A stretch of 40,001 nucleotides of DNA, taken from positions 1 to 40,001 of IMG/VR virus record IMGVR_UViG_3300046744_000065; one strand, 5' to 3'. Each line of letters opens with the position of its first letter. The first letter of the stretch is position 1. Both the position numbers and the translations under genes were made by a program. The notes beneath the pieces are model-generated. The model was not told the DNA's origin. It worked only from the letters and a program-made list of their open reading frames with translations, and did not search any database. Source of the DNA: a virus (taxonomy: Duplodnaviria > Caudoviricetes). This document shows, one piece after another, positions 26,406 to 37,700 of this stretch.

Positions 26406-27425
26406 ATGGCTACACTTTCAAATTCAAATTTAACACTAGCGGATTGGGCAAAAAGATCTGACCCAGACGGTAGAGTTCCAATCGTTGCAGAGTTATTATC
26501 TCAAACCAACGAAATACTAGATGATTGCGTGTTTAAAGAAGGTAATTTACCTACTGGTGAACGTGTAATTATTAGAACTGGTTTACCAGCAGTTTATTTC
26601 CGTGCATTAAACCAAGGTATTCCGGGAAGCAAGTCAACAACTGCACAAGTTGATGAAGCGTGTGCAATTCTTGAAGCTCGTTCTGAAGTAGACAAAGACT
26701 TAGCGATGTTAAATGGTAACACCGCACAGTTCCGTCTATCTGAAGATACTGCTTTCCTAGAAGCAATGAATCAGACTCAAGCTGAAACAATGTTTTACGG
26801 TAATCCCGGAACAGATCCTAAGAAGTTTTTAGGTCTTGCACCAAGATACGGTGATCTTTCCGCAGATAATGCTGTAAACATTCTTGATGCAGGTGGATCA
26901 GGTTCTGATAACGCTTCTGTATATCTAGTTGTTTGGGGTGATCAAACAGTTTATTGTCCTTTCCCTAAAGGATCTAAAGCAGGTTTGATGCATGAAGATC
27001 TAGGTGAGCAAACTGTTTACAATAGTGATGGTACAAGGCTACAAGCTTTTGCTACACGTTACCAATGGAAGAACGGTTTGGTTGTTAAAGATTGGAGATA
27101 CGTTGTTCGTATTTGCAACATTGACATTTCTGATTTAGGTGGAGTTACTGGTACTCAAGCGACTACTGCTGCAACTGCACTTGTTAAATTAATGGCAAAA
27201 GCAACTTACAGAATACCTAACATGGCTCTAGGTAGAGCAGCATTTTATATGAACAGAACAGTTCATTCTGGTTTGTCAATTGCAGCAATGGATAAATCAC
27301 AAAATGTTTTAGAAATTGAAAAAGGATTAACACAGTTTGGACAAGCAAAAAGCTACTTATCATTCTTAGGTACTCCAATCAGACAGGTAGATTCCTTAAT
27401 CAATGCTGAAGCTCGTGTAACTTAA
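26406..27425 (+). CDS. Major capsid protein (BPP-1 Bbp17-like)
   Basis: TL.D.AKR.D, E.L...NEIL.D, RTGLP, SEVD..LA, YG......KF.GL.PRY, DWRYVVRI.NID, G.PIR..D motifs; AAGGAG RBS. Confidence 0.9.
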   Translation: MATLSNSNLTLADWAKRSDPDGRVPIVAELLSQTNEILDDCVFKEGNLPTGERVIIRTGLPAVYFRALNQGIPGSKSTTAQVDEACAILEARSEVDKDLAMLNGNTAQFRLSEDTAFLEAMNQTQAETMFYGNPGTDPKKFLGLAPRYGDLSADNAVNILDAGGSGSDNASVYLVVWGDQTVYCPFPKGSKAGLMHEDLGEQTVYNSDGTRLQAFATRYQWKNGLVVKDWRYVVRICNIDISDLGGVTGTQATTAATALVKLMAKATYRIPNMALGRAAFYMNRTVHSGLSIAAMDKSQNVLEIEKGLTQFGQAKSYLSFLGTPIRQVDSLINAEARVT

Positions 27426-27469
27426 TAGTTACTTAGATTATTCTTTTATTTTTTGGAGATTTTTACAAA

Positions 27470-27901
27470 ATGATTACAGATGCATTGCTCAGAGTGAGTG
27501 AAGATCAAGCGGTTACAACAACTGCTGTATCTACTAACACTATTGATTTAGGTGTTGCTAGAGACATAGGTGAAGGTACTGCTTTGTACATGAACTTTGC
27601 ACTAACCGAAGCATTTGCTAACGGTACTAGCGTACTTTTTGAAGTAATTACTAGTGCAAGTGCAAACTTAGGTACACCTACTGTTATTGGTAGCAGTACA
27701 GTATTGGCTACAGCAGCACTTACATTAGGTAAGAACGTTGTTGTACGCTTAAATCCAGATATTGCTGGCAAAGGCCAAAGATATCTTGGTGCTAGGTATA
27801 CAGTTGTAGGTACTATGAATGCAGGTAAAGTAACTGCTGATATAGTAGAAACAATTGGTGATGGACAGAAGTACTATGCTTCTGGCTTTACCGTAGCTTA
27901 A
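27470..27901 (+). CDS. Capsid cement/decoration protein (Bbp16-like)
   Basis: MI.D..L..S..QA.T.TA.STN.IDL...RYL...YTV; follows the major capsid gene. Confidence 0.8.
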   Translation: MITDALLRVSEDQAVTTTAVSTNTIDLGVARDIGEGTALYMNFALTEAFANGTSVLFEVITSASANLGTPTVIGSSTVLATAALTLGKNVVVRLNPDIAGKGQRYLGARYTVVGTMNAGKVTADIVETIGDGQKYYASGFTVA

Positions 27902-27915
27902 ACTAAGAACGACTT

Positions 27916-28209
27916 ATGCCTATTTACAAAGCAAAAATTAAGTGTTTCGTTGGCCAATCTATAAGAGAAGTTGACGAAGAATTTGAGTATAACGGAGAGT
28001 ATTGCAAACATCTTGAGCTAGTTAGTGGTCAAGAACCTCAGACACCTGTAGCGTCTACTACACCTGTGGAATCTGAAGTAAAGATAACTAATTTAGAATT
28101 GATGACTAAAGCAGAACTTGAAGTTTATGGTCGCACTATCGGTATTGAACTTGATAGGAGACAAACAAAAGATACTCTTATTAAACAACTTGAAGCAGCT
28201 AGTAAATAG
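27916..28209 (+). CDS. Hypothetical protein with C-terminal helix-extension-helix-like motif
   Basis: MTKAELEVYGRTIGIELDRRQTKDTLIKQL. Confidence 0.65.
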   Translation: MPIYKAKIKCFVGQSIREVDEEFEYNGEYCKHLELVSGQEPQTPVASTTPVESEVKITNLELMTKAELEVYGRTIGIELDRRQTKDTLIKQLEAASK

Positions 28210-28233
28210 GTTTAGTCTTCTTATTTGATTTAC

Positions 28234-28270
28234 AGGGGGCTAGTAGTATTACTGCTATCCTCCTCTTTTT
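28234..28270 (+). terminator. Putative intrinsic terminator after capsid genes
   Basis: AGGGGG-C-TAGTAGT-ATT-ACTGCTA-T-CCTCCT imperfect hairpin followed by CTTTTT. Confidence 0.65.
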
Positions 28271-28282
28271 ATAGGAGATGTT

Positions 28283-28951
28283 ATGGCAACTGAAGTAGAT
28301 ATTTGCAACCTTGCCCTAGCTCATTTGGGTGATGATGCAACAATAGCTTCGCTATCCCCACCAGAAGGATCAGCACAAGCAGAAAAAGCTGCACGTTTTT
28401 ATCCAATTGCTAGAAACAGTTTGCTTGAAATGCATACATGGAATTTTGCAGCAAAACGTGGCAATTTAGCATTAACTACAAATACATTAGATCAATGGGA
28501 TTATGCATATGTTGCACCTGCGGATATGATGTCACCTGTTTCAGTTATATCTCCAACAGCACAAAATGATTATGCTACAAGAATGTCAGCAGGGGATACT
28601 CCCGGAGGAATAACAAGTAATTATGCACCAACAATTGTGGCAGGTCAATATACACCACAACAGTTTGCAGTAGAAGGATCATATATTTATACAAACCAAG
28701 AAAATGCAATGTTGAGATATCAGGCATTTATAACAGATCCATCGTTATTTTCTCCATTGTTTGTTGTTACATTGTCATGGCATCTGGCATCAATGCTTGC
28801 AGGTCCTATTATTAAAGGTGATCAAGGAGCGGCAGAAGCAAAACGTAGTACACAAATGATGGTTAATTATTTAACAAGTGCAAAACAATCTGACAATTTA
28901 CATCGAGATATAACAGTAGAGCATATAGTACCTTGGACTTCTGGGAGATAA
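28283..28951 (+). CDS. Tail tubular protein A / adaptor
   Basis: DICNLAL..LG, L..H.WNFA, Y..P.D, F...L...LA motifs. Confidence 0.85.
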   Translation: MATEVDICNLALAHLGDDATIASLSPPEGSAQAEKAARFYPIARNSLLEMHTWNFAAKRGNLALTTNTLDQWDYAYVAPADMMSPVSVISPTAQNDYATRMSAGDTPGGITSNYAPTIVAGQYTPQQFAVEGSYIYTNQENAMLRYQAFITDPSLFSPLFVVTLSWHLASMLAGPIIKGDQGAAEAKRSTQMMVNYLTSAKQSDNLHRDITVEHIVPWTSGR

Positions 28952-28954
28952 TTA

Positions 28955-31423
28955 ATGCCAGTTACACGCAACTTTAAACAAGCATTTTCTGGAGGAGAAA
29001 TATCACCAGAAATGTTTGGTCGTATTGCTGATAATAAATTTCAACAAGGTGCATCATTGATGCGTAATTTTATTGCTAAACCACAAGGACCTGCACAAAA
29101 TAGACCGGGTCTTGCATTTGTAAAAGCAGTTAAAGATAGTACAAAAGCAACAAGATTATTATCTTTTACCTTTAATACTACCCAAACTATGGCTATAGAG
29201 TTTGGTGATCAATATTTTAGATTTCATACGCAAGGTCAAACATTAAATTACAGCGATGGCACAGCATGGAATAGCGGTACTAACTATGCAATAGGAGATA
29301 TAGCTAAATATAGTGGTACAAATTATTATGCAAAAACTGCACATTCAAACAGTCAACCTCCAAACTCTACAAATTGGTATGCATTACCTGCTGATATGAC
29401 ATATGAAATACCTCATTCATATTTAGAAGCACAATTATTTGATGTGCATTATGTACAGTCTGCTGACGTTATGACTTTGGTACATCCTAGTCATCCACCT
29501 AAAGAATTAAGAAGACTTGGGGCTACACAATGGGAATTAAAAACAATAGATTTTGGTAGCCCATTAACTGCCCCTACAGGTGTATCAGTTAGTGCTTATA
29601 TACCTTCTTCTACTAGTACAAATTCTGATACTTATGAAGATCATATTTATGTTGTAACTGCTGTAAAAGCAAATTTAATAGACGAAAGTAATCAATCCAG
29701 TAGTGCTACTGTGAGCAATAATATTTTTGTAACTGGTGCTAAAAATACTATTTCTTGGAATGCAGTTACTGATGCTTCAAGGTACAAAGTATATAAAGAT
29801 CAAGGCGGTATTTTTGGTTTTATAGGAGAAACAACTACTACATCTATAGTTGATAATAATATTTCTCCAGATTTTTCTGTTACTCCACCAATCCATGAAA
29901 ATGATTTTGTAGGTACTGGTAATTATCCCGGTGCTGTATCTTATTTTGAACAACGTAGAGTGTTTGCAGGTACAAATAATGCACCACAAAATATATGGAT
30001 GACCAAATCTGGAACTGAAAGTAATATGTCATTTGGATTACCTATACGAGATGATGATCGTATTGAGTTTAGAGTTGCTGCTCGTGAAGCAAATACAATT
30101 AGACATATTGTTCCTTTAACAAATTTACTTATGCTTACAGGATCAGCAGAATGGAGAATTACTTCTGTTAATAGTGATGCTATAACACCAACATCTATAT
30201 CAGTAAAACCACAATCATATGTTGGGTCTAATAATGCACAACCAGTAATTGTTAATAATAGCTTAGTATATACTGCTGCTCGTGGTGGTCACGTTAGAGA
30301 ACTTGGTTATAACTGGCAAGCAAATGGATTTGTTACAGGTGATCTATCACTTCGTGCTCCACATTTATTTGATAATTTAGAAATAAAAGATATGGGGTTA
30401 TCAAAAGCTCCGTTACCAATTGTATGGATGGTTAGCAGTAATGGTAAACTATTAGGTCTTACATATGTACCAGAACAAGCAATAGGAGCATGGCATCAAC
30501 ATGACACAGACGGTACGTTTGAAAGTGTAGCTTGTGTTTCTGAAGGCAATGATGATGTTTTATATGCAGTAATAAAAAGAACTGTAAATGGTAATAGCGT
30601 TAGATATATAGAACGTATGGGAACAAGATTATATGCAACACAACGTGATAGTTTTTTTGTAGATGCAGGTGCTACTTACGATGGTACTAATACAAATACA
30701 GCACAAAATGTCACTATATCTGGCGGTACAAATTACACAAAGGGAGAAAGCGTTACGATAACAGCTAATTATAATTTATTTACTGCTCCACCTAGTACCA
30801 ATGATATTGGCGATGCAATTGTATTAGTAGATGGCACAAATTATTACAGATGCAATATAACTTCTACTTCAAGTGCAACAGTAGCAACCGCCAAACTTGA
30901 CAGAGATTTACCTGTATCTTTGCGTAATACAGCAATAACAACGTATGAAGTTGCAAGAAATGTTTTTACTAATGGATTAGATCATCTAGAAGGCAAAACA
31001 GTAAACATCTTGGCAGATGGTGCGGTACATCCACAAAAAGTAGTTTCTAGTGGTTCTATTACTTTAGATCAGGCATCTAGTGTTGTTCATATTGGATTAC
31101 CTATAGAAGCTGATTTGCAAACTTTACCTATGGCATTACAGGTAGAAGCATTTGGTCAAGGCAGAGTAAAAAATTTAAACCATGTTTGGTTACGAGTATT
31201 AGAAAGTTCTGGTATTTTTGCAGGTCCTAGTGCAGATAAATTAGTAGAAGCAAAACAACGTACAACAGAACCATATGGATCGCCACCAAATTTAAAAACG
31301 CAAGATATTAAAATTATGCTTACACCAACATGGCAAGATAATGGGCAATTATTTGTAAGGCAAACAGACCCATTACCATTGACAGTTGTAGGTTTAACAT
31401 TAGAAGTAGCAATGGGTGGATAG
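28955..31423 (+). CDS. Tail tubular protein B / nozzle
   Basis: FSGGEISP...GR, QSADV, YP.AV..FEQR and AWHQH motifs; contains a short carbohydrate-binding-like insert (AWNSGTNYAIGD...NW). Confidence 0.9.
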   Translation: MPVTRNFKQAFSGGEISPEMFGRIADNKFQQGASLMRNFIAKPQGPAQNRPGLAFVKAVKDSTKATRLLSFTFNTTQTMAIEFGDQYFRFHTQGQTLNYSDGTAWNSGTNYAIGDIAKYSGTNYYAKTAHSNSQPPNSTNWYALPADMTYEIPHSYLEAQLFDVHYVQSADVMTLVHPSHPPKELRRLGATQWELKTIDFGSPLTAPTGVSVSAYIPSSTSTNSDTYEDHIYVVTAVKANLIDESNQSSSATVSNNIFVTGAKNTISWNAVTDASRYKVYKDQGGIFGFIGETTTTSIVDNNISPDFSVTPPIHENDFVGTGNYPGAVSYFEQRRVFAGTNNAPQNIWMTKSGTESNMSFGLPIRDDDRIEFRVAAREANTIRHIVPLTNLLMLTGSAEWRITSVNSDAITPTSISVKPQSYVGSNNAQPVIVNNSLVYTAARGGHVRELGYNWQANGFVTGDLSLRAPHLFDNLEIKDMGLSKAPLPIVWMVSSNGKLLGLTYVPEQAIGAWHQHDTDGTFESVACVSEGNDDVLYAVIKRTVNGNSVRYIERMGTRLYATQRDSFFVDAGATYDGTNTNTAQNVTISGGTNYTKGESVTITANYNLFTAPPSTNDIGDAIVLVDGTNYYRCNITSTSSATVATAKLDRDLPVSLRNTAITTYEVARNVFTNGLDHLEGKTVNILADGAVHPQKVVSSGSITLDQASSVVHIGLPIEADLQTLPMALQVEAFGQGRVKNLNHVWLRVLESSGIFAGPSADKLVEAKQRTTEPYGSPPNLKTQDIKIMLTPTWQDNGQLFVRQTDPLPLTVVGLTLEVAMGG

Positions 31424-31456
31424 TGTGACCGTAAACAGATATAGTGTGTGTATATT
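31423..31456 (+). promoter_or_regulatory. Putative late promoter, copy 4 (GTGTGACCGTAA-N16-TATATT)
   Basis: Intergenic, upstream of the ejection-protein genes. Confidence 0.8.
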
Positions 31457-31481
31457 AGAAAAATAAGAGAGTGTAGAAGTT

Positions 31482-32093
31482 ATGGCAACATCTGTTCAAT
31501 CAACTACAGTAACAGGAACAAGCTGGAGTGATTTAAGTCCTTTAGGGCAAGCTGGAATTATTACACAAGGTTTTGGTGCTTTAAGTGGTGCTATTGGTTC
31601 ATTTTATTCTGCAAAGTCAGAACAAAATAAAGCTAGAAGTTTGGCATTAAATTTAGAACATAAAGCAGATATGCTGCTTTTTAATAAACGTATGAAAGAA
31701 AGTCAAGCAGAATTTATAGGCCGTCAAGCAAACAAAGCGTTTCAAATACAATCAATAAAAGCAGGTAATAGAAGGTCTAGAGCTAGAGCATCATTTGGAG
31801 CTAGAGGAATACAGATGGGAGTGGGAAGTACTAAAGATGCATTTGTTAGTTCTGAAATATTAGCGACTTTAGATAAGCTTACTATGAATTCAAATAAGGT
31901 AAGAGCTATGTCTAATAAACGACTAGAAGCTGTTGATATTGGTATAAGAGCGGACATGACAAGTCTTAGTGCTAGTAATATGTTCCAAACGGCATCTTCT
32001 ATTGATCCTTTTTTCAGTATGAGTAGTAGTTTATTAACTGGTGCAAGTAGCATTATTGGTAGTTTGCCACCTTCTATGTTTCTTAAAAAATAA
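31482..32093 (+). CDS. Internal virion protein (gp14-like)
   Basis: Gly/Ala hydrophobic termini and an A.GI....GS motif; first of three post-nozzle genes. Confidence 0.7.
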   Translation: MATSVQSTTVTGTSWSDLSPLGQAGIITQGFGALSGAIGSFYSAKSEQNKARSLALNLEHKADMLLFNKRMKESQAEFIGRQANKAFQIQSIKAGNRRSRARASFGARGIQMGVGSTKDAFVSSEILATLDKLTMNSNKVRAMSNKRLEAVDIGIRADMTSLSASNMFQTASSIDPFFSMSSSLLTGASSIIGSLPPSMFLKK

Positions 32094-32095
32094 TT

Positions 32096-34765
32096 ATGGC
32101 TAAAAGTGTACCTTTTCAAACAGCACCCGAAGTACAGTTAACGTCAGGTTCCGAAGTACAATTTTCTGGCGGTCAAGTAAAACCTAGTGAAGATGTAGTT
32201 TCTGGTGAAATAAAAAAACAAGGTCAAGCATTGTTAAACGCTGGACAAGTTTTAAACAAACTAGACGATGAGATAAATGATGCGGAATCAAAAATGTTAT
32301 ATAACGAGTTACATAGTGAGGTACAAAACGTAGTTACAAATTATTCAAATTTAAAAGGTGCGGACGCTGTTAAAGTTACAAACAAAGATACTGGTGCTAC
32401 GTCATATGATGATAGTAATACATTAATTCAACAAATTTTAGATAATAAAGGCAAGCAAGCAAGAAACGGAATGGTTAAATTTATGGTTGAAAAAATGGCT
32501 TCTGTAACTGTAAAAGATGCTCAAAATAAAATGCTTTCGCATTCATTAACACAACAAAATAAATATAATTTAAGTGAAACAGAAACAAAAAGAGATACAC
32601 ATAAAGTCAATGCACAGATAAATTACAAAAATTTTGCTGAACCGGGTGGTGCATTTCAAACTGAATTTAATGCGGGTTTAAATATGATTGACGAAATAGC
32701 AACCTTAAAAGGTTGGAATACAGATCCTAATGCAATAGGTCCAGACGGTAAAAAAATGGGAATAAGTTCAAATTATTTAAATGCAATAAATGAATATATG
32801 GTTGAAGTTGCAGAAGATGCTCTTGATAAATTTAAAGAAGATGAAGATGCTCAAGGTAACAAAAATTTTTTAAAGTTTTTAAATGAATTAGTAGATAAAA
32901 AAGTTGTTGAAAAATACGAAGTAAGTAGTGAAAAAAACCATACAGCAATAAAAAATGAAAAAGTGGTAGACGCAATATTAAATAATAACGGAAATCAAAA
33001 TGACGGTAATTATATAAATGTAGTAAACAAAACTTTATCCTTGTCTAGTAATCATTCTTATGAAGATGGTGTAGGAAATACTGTTAATGACGGTTTAAAT
33101 AGCGGTGAAAATGATACTACTAATAAAAAACAAACTGAAAACATAGAATTATTAGAACAAAAAAGAAGTCAATCTTTATTTTTTAATTTAGATTCTCCAA
33201 AAATTGGTACTTTAATACCTCAACATGAACCAACACATATGTTTGCTATAGAACAGATAGGTGTTGCTAAAGCTGATTCTTTATATTTAAAAGCACAACG
33301 AGAGTACGAATTACCTGAGTTTGAAAATAAATTTTCAGATACTAAAGCAGGTCGTAGAAAATATGCAATAGCTAAGAAAAAATTTGAAGAAGAATTTTTA
33401 AAAAACCCAGAAAATGAAAATGTTATAAAGGCAGCAATATTAGATAAATATAATGAACTAATTGTAAATGAACATGAAAATAAATTTAATAGATTTTATG
33501 GGGCAACAAAAGACACATATCCAAATGCACCTAAAAAAGAAGATTTTGGGTCAGGAGCAAGTGGATCTAAAAAATACAGAGAAGCTAAAAAAGAATTTTT
33601 TAGTAATCCAGAAAATATAGTAAAAGTTAACCCCGGTGTAGATGCTGAAAATTTAGAAACTATGACAGGTGAAAAAAAATACCAAGGAAGATGGGGATCA
33701 GAACAAGCAAAAATAGAAAAAGAAGAAAAATTTCAAAACCATCAAGACAAGGTTGCTAATGATTTACAAATTATAAAAAATGGTGTTGATTATAATGCAA
33801 TTATTGAAGAGCCAAAAGTAAATTTTATAACAGGTTTACGTCCATTAAATGATTTAAAAAAAGAAATTAAGGCAACAATCACAAATAAAGAAGAACAAGA
33901 AGTTGCATTAAAAGATTTAGAAGTTAAATACAATAAAATAGCAGAAGAAAAAACAGCAATTTATAATGAGAAACGAGATGCTGCAATAAAAATAGCATTT
34001 GCTGAACCAAATGGTTGGAAAAATCTTGCAGCTAATGGTATTAAAATAGATAATTTTACGGAAGAAGATCAAACAATATTCAAAGAAGGACCACCAGAAG
34101 AATCAGATTTAGATACACAAATTAAATTAATTGATAACCCAGCAGAAGTTAGAGATAATTTAAATGCACACAGGCATCGTTTAAACCCTAATACTTATCT
34201 ACAATTAGAAAGATATTCACAAGATTTAAAAAATGAAAATAAATATGTTGAAGCAACAGGCGATAAAAATATGTTAAAAAATACTTTAAATAAAAATGAC
34301 ATGGGCGATTTACATACATCTGAAAATAAAAAGAAAAAAGCAAAATATGTAGCTATAAATGACGCATGGATTAATGAAATTAACGCACGACAAATAGCAA
34401 AAGGCAACGTTAAATTAACTAGAGGTGAAAAACAAGATGCACTAAATGCTGTTTTGTTAGACACAGTTAATATTGACAGGTTTTTTGGGGACACAAAAAA
34501 TGAAAATATTTATTTTGTTGATCAAGATGATTTACAGGACGTTTATGTTGATGTACCGTTTGATGGTCAAAATGAAAGAGTCTTTATAAGCAAGATCCCT
34601 GCCCAACCGGGAAACAATGTATTGAAATTAATTAAAGCTTCTTTACGATTAGCAAATGAACCTGTAACGCAACAAAATATTGCTGAATATTGGTTGATAT
34701 CAGGAAAAGCAGAAAATGAAAAACAGGCTAGAGAAAATATTTCAAATTACTACATGGATAAATAA
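32096..34765 (+). CDS. Internal virion protein (gp15-like position)
   Basis: 889-aa charged helical protein between gp14-like and the giant protein; assigned by synteny. Confidence 0.65.
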   Translation: MAKSVPFQTAPEVQLTSGSEVQFSGGQVKPSEDVVSGEIKKQGQALLNAGQVLNKLDDEINDAESKMLYNELHSEVQNVVTNYSNLKGADAVKVTNKDTGATSYDDSNTLIQQILDNKGKQARNGMVKFMVEKMASVTVKDAQNKMLSHSLTQQNKYNLSETETKRDTHKVNAQINYKNFAEPGGAFQTEFNAGLNMIDEIATLKGWNTDPNAIGPDGKKMGISSNYLNAINEYMVEVAEDALDKFKEDEDAQGNKNFLKFLNELVDKKVVEKYEVSSEKNHTAIKNEKVVDAILNNNGNQNDGNYINVVNKTLSLSSNHSYEDGVGNTVNDGLNSGENDTTNKKQTENIELLEQKRSQSLFFNLDSPKIGTLIPQHEPTHMFAIEQIGVAKADSLYLKAQREYELPEFENKFSDTKAGRRKYAIAKKKFEEEFLKNPENENVIKAAILDKYNELIVNEHENKFNRFYGATKDTYPNAPKKEDFGSGASGSKKYREAKKEFFSNPENIVKVNPGVDAENLETMTGEKKYQGRWGSEQAKIEKEEKFQNHQDKVANDLQIIKNGVDYNAIIEEPKVNFITGLRPLNDLKKEIKATITNKEEQEVALKDLEVKYNKIAEEKTAIYNEKRDAAIKIAFAEPNGWKNLAANGIKIDNFTEEDQTIFKEGPPEESDLDTQIKLIDNPAEVRDNLNAHRHRLNPNTYLQLERYSQDLKNENKYVEATGDKNMLKNTLNKNDMGDLHTSENKKKKAKYVAINDAWINEINARQIAKGNVKLTRGEKQDALNAVLLDTVNIDRFFGDTKNENIYFVDQDDLQDVYVDVPFDGQNERVFISKIPAQPGNNVLKLIKASLRLANEPVTQQNIAEYWLISGKAENEKQARENISNYYMDK

Positions 34766-34767
34766 TT

Positions 34768-37700
34768 ATGTCTGATAATCCTTTTGACATTATAAAAAAA
34801 TCACCAAGTCAAAACTATGGTAATGATAATCCTTTTGACCTTATACGAGAAAAAAGAAATCAAAGAAATGATAATTTAATAAAACAAACTTTAAATGCTG
34901 TTTCTAAATTAGATCCTGATAGAACTGGTGAAGCACAAAAATTAGCAGAGCGTTTAAATTTACCGTCAAACATTGCTTTAGATAGTGATGAAACTTTAAG
35001 ACTTTTAAAAGAAAGAAATAAAGAAAGAAATATATATGAATTGGATTTAGCACAAACAAATCCTATATTGATGCGTCATTTAACTGATCCTGATTTTGCA
35101 GCTATAGCACAAGATAATGTTGAGCAGTTAGGTCTTATTGAATCAACATTTTCTGGAATACAAAATTTTCCTGAGAACGTTGGACAAGGTTTTGAAAAGG
35201 GAAGATTAGAAGCTGAAATGGGTAAGCTTGGATTTCAAAAAGGTTTAAACGTAGAGTTAGGTAAAACTAATGAATCTATAAATAAACGTATAGAAGAAAT
35301 TGGTGTAAGACTAGCAGAACTAGAAGGTGATGGTTCGGGTCTTTGGGAAAACACAGGTTCTATTGTTGGTCAATGGTCACGGACATTACAAGAATCAGTA
35401 AAATATGGAACGGCAGGTGCTGCTACAGGTGGAACACTAGGATTAGCAGGTGGTCCTTTTGCTCCTATTACAGTTAAAGGTGGTGCAATTACTGGATTTA
35501 TATGGGGATTAACAACAGGCTCTGCAAAAGAAGGAGCAATGATAGAAGCAGGTCATCAATACAATGAATTAATAGAAAATGGTATTTCGCACGAAACTGC
35601 AAAAAATGTTGGAATTGCAGTTGGCCTTGTAAATGGTGGATTAGAATTTGTAGGTCTTGGTCTGGTTTTAGGTCCGGCAAAACAATTGTTAATAAGAGCA
35701 ACACTAAAAGAAGTAAATAAATCTTTGAGAAAATACACAATGCAGCAGGTATTTAGAACAGCAGGTACGACTGCTTTTCGTAATTGGGCATCAGAAGTTG
35801 CAACAGAAGAATTACAAGAATTGGTAAATATTGCAGGTGCTGATTTTGCAGATTATTTTGATACAGGTGAGTTCGAAAGTAAATTTGCTACAGAAAAAGG
35901 TAGAGAAGAAATAGCACAAAGACTTGCTGCTGTATTTGAAAAAGTTGGTACTGGTATGATTCCACTTGCAGGTTTAAGTGCAGGGCCTACATTTTTTTCA
36001 AATAGTACAAAATCTAAAGAAGCAACAAAAAATACTGCATTTGTAGAATCACTAGCTACTTTATCTGCTAACGATAAAACTAAAATTAGAAATCCTAATA
36101 AATTTCAAAAATATATACAAGACGTAGCAGACGGAAAAGACGTTCCTAATATTTTTATAGATGCAAAACCATTTAATCAAGCATTAAAAGATAACGGTAT
36201 AACAACAGAACAATTAGAAATGTTTTCTCCGCAAATAGCAAATGATTTAAAAGATATAAATGGTACTGGAGAAAGTGGTGATCTAATAATACCAACAGGA
36301 GAATATGCAACAAACATTGCAGGTACTCAATTAGGTAATGCATTACAACCTCATATTCGTGTTACAGAAGATAGTTTTAGTGCTACAGAAGCAGGGGTAT
36401 TTGAAACTGAAAAAGATACATTAAAAAAACAGGCAGAACAAATAATAAATAACGATGAAAATGCAAAAAAAGAATTAATAAAAGAAGGTAAAGCTATAGA
36501 AGAAAATATTACACAACAATTAAAAAATGCAAAACTAAAAGCTTTTACACCTAGTCGAATTAAATATTTAGCACCTTTAGTAAGAGATTTTGCAATAGTG
36601 CAAGCAAATCAATTAGGAATAAAACCTAGTGAATTTTTTAGTAAATATTTTTACAACATAACTACTGACGATAAATTTAATAAATTAGCAGAAGAACAGT
36701 TGTTTAATCAGGATGGCACGGTAAAAACAGAATCACCTGCGTTTAAAAACTTTTTTGGCCAATCTAAAATAGTTGACAAAGATGGTTCTCCTTTAGTTGT
36801 ATATCATGGAACTACAGACAGCATAAGCGAATTTAAATTAGATCATCCGCATAGATTAGATAGTGGTTGGTTAGGTACTGGAGTTTATGTAACTGATAAT
36901 ATTCTCTTAGCTGAACAATATACAAAATTAAAAAAAGAAAGAATTAAATCAGGTCGTTTACCACCCGGTCCTACAGATCCAATAATTATGCCTTTGTATG
37001 TGCGTTTAGAAAATCCATACGAAGCAACTTTAGAAGATAAAAACAAAATTAGAACAGGTCAAATAACAGCACAAGGATTTAGAGATCAATTAATTGCACA
37101 AGGACATGATGGTGCGATAATGCCGGGTCAAATGCAAAATGTTAGGGAAATAGTTGTATTTGATCCTAAAGCAGTTAAATCAACAGAAAATAGTGGCACA
37201 TGGAGAAGGGATCTAGCAAATATATATAAACAATTAAAAGCTGATGATGAGCTTTTTGCACAGAGAGGTAAACAAAAACAAGGTAAGCCAGTACCAGAAG
37301 CTGTATTTCAAATTGCAAAAATAACTGAAAATTTTGATTTTGCAACTAGTAAACCATTTGGAACTATTAAAGATTTTAAAATAGAAATACAAAAGAAAGT
37401 CAACAATGAAGCTAAAAAAGGTAAAGTTAATGTTTCTGAACCTACCGTAGAAGTAGAAAAATATTTAGTAAAAACATTATTAGCAGATGCTCAATACGCT
37501 TTAGTAGAAAATCCAAACGCAATAGGTTGGTACAACGAAAAAGTTACAAAAGCTAAAAGGTTATTAGCAAAAATACATCCAGAATTAACTACTGATGCAG
37601 CATCAAATTTTGCTTTTACTTGGGCATTAGCAACTACATCTAACGGTATAGATGTAAATACAAATTTTGACCTTGCAGAAGATGTGTACAGTTACTGGAA

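Noticed and set aside
33300-33620. Internal duplication in the gp15-like protein (G..KY..AKK.F...NPEN twice)
   Set aside because: Only two degenerate copies, and no function can be supported.
34774-34839. 15-bp direct repeat GATAATCCTTTTGAC as a possible att or operator site
   Set aside because: Both copies are in frame and encode DNPFD, so this is a peptide repeat at the protein N-terminus.
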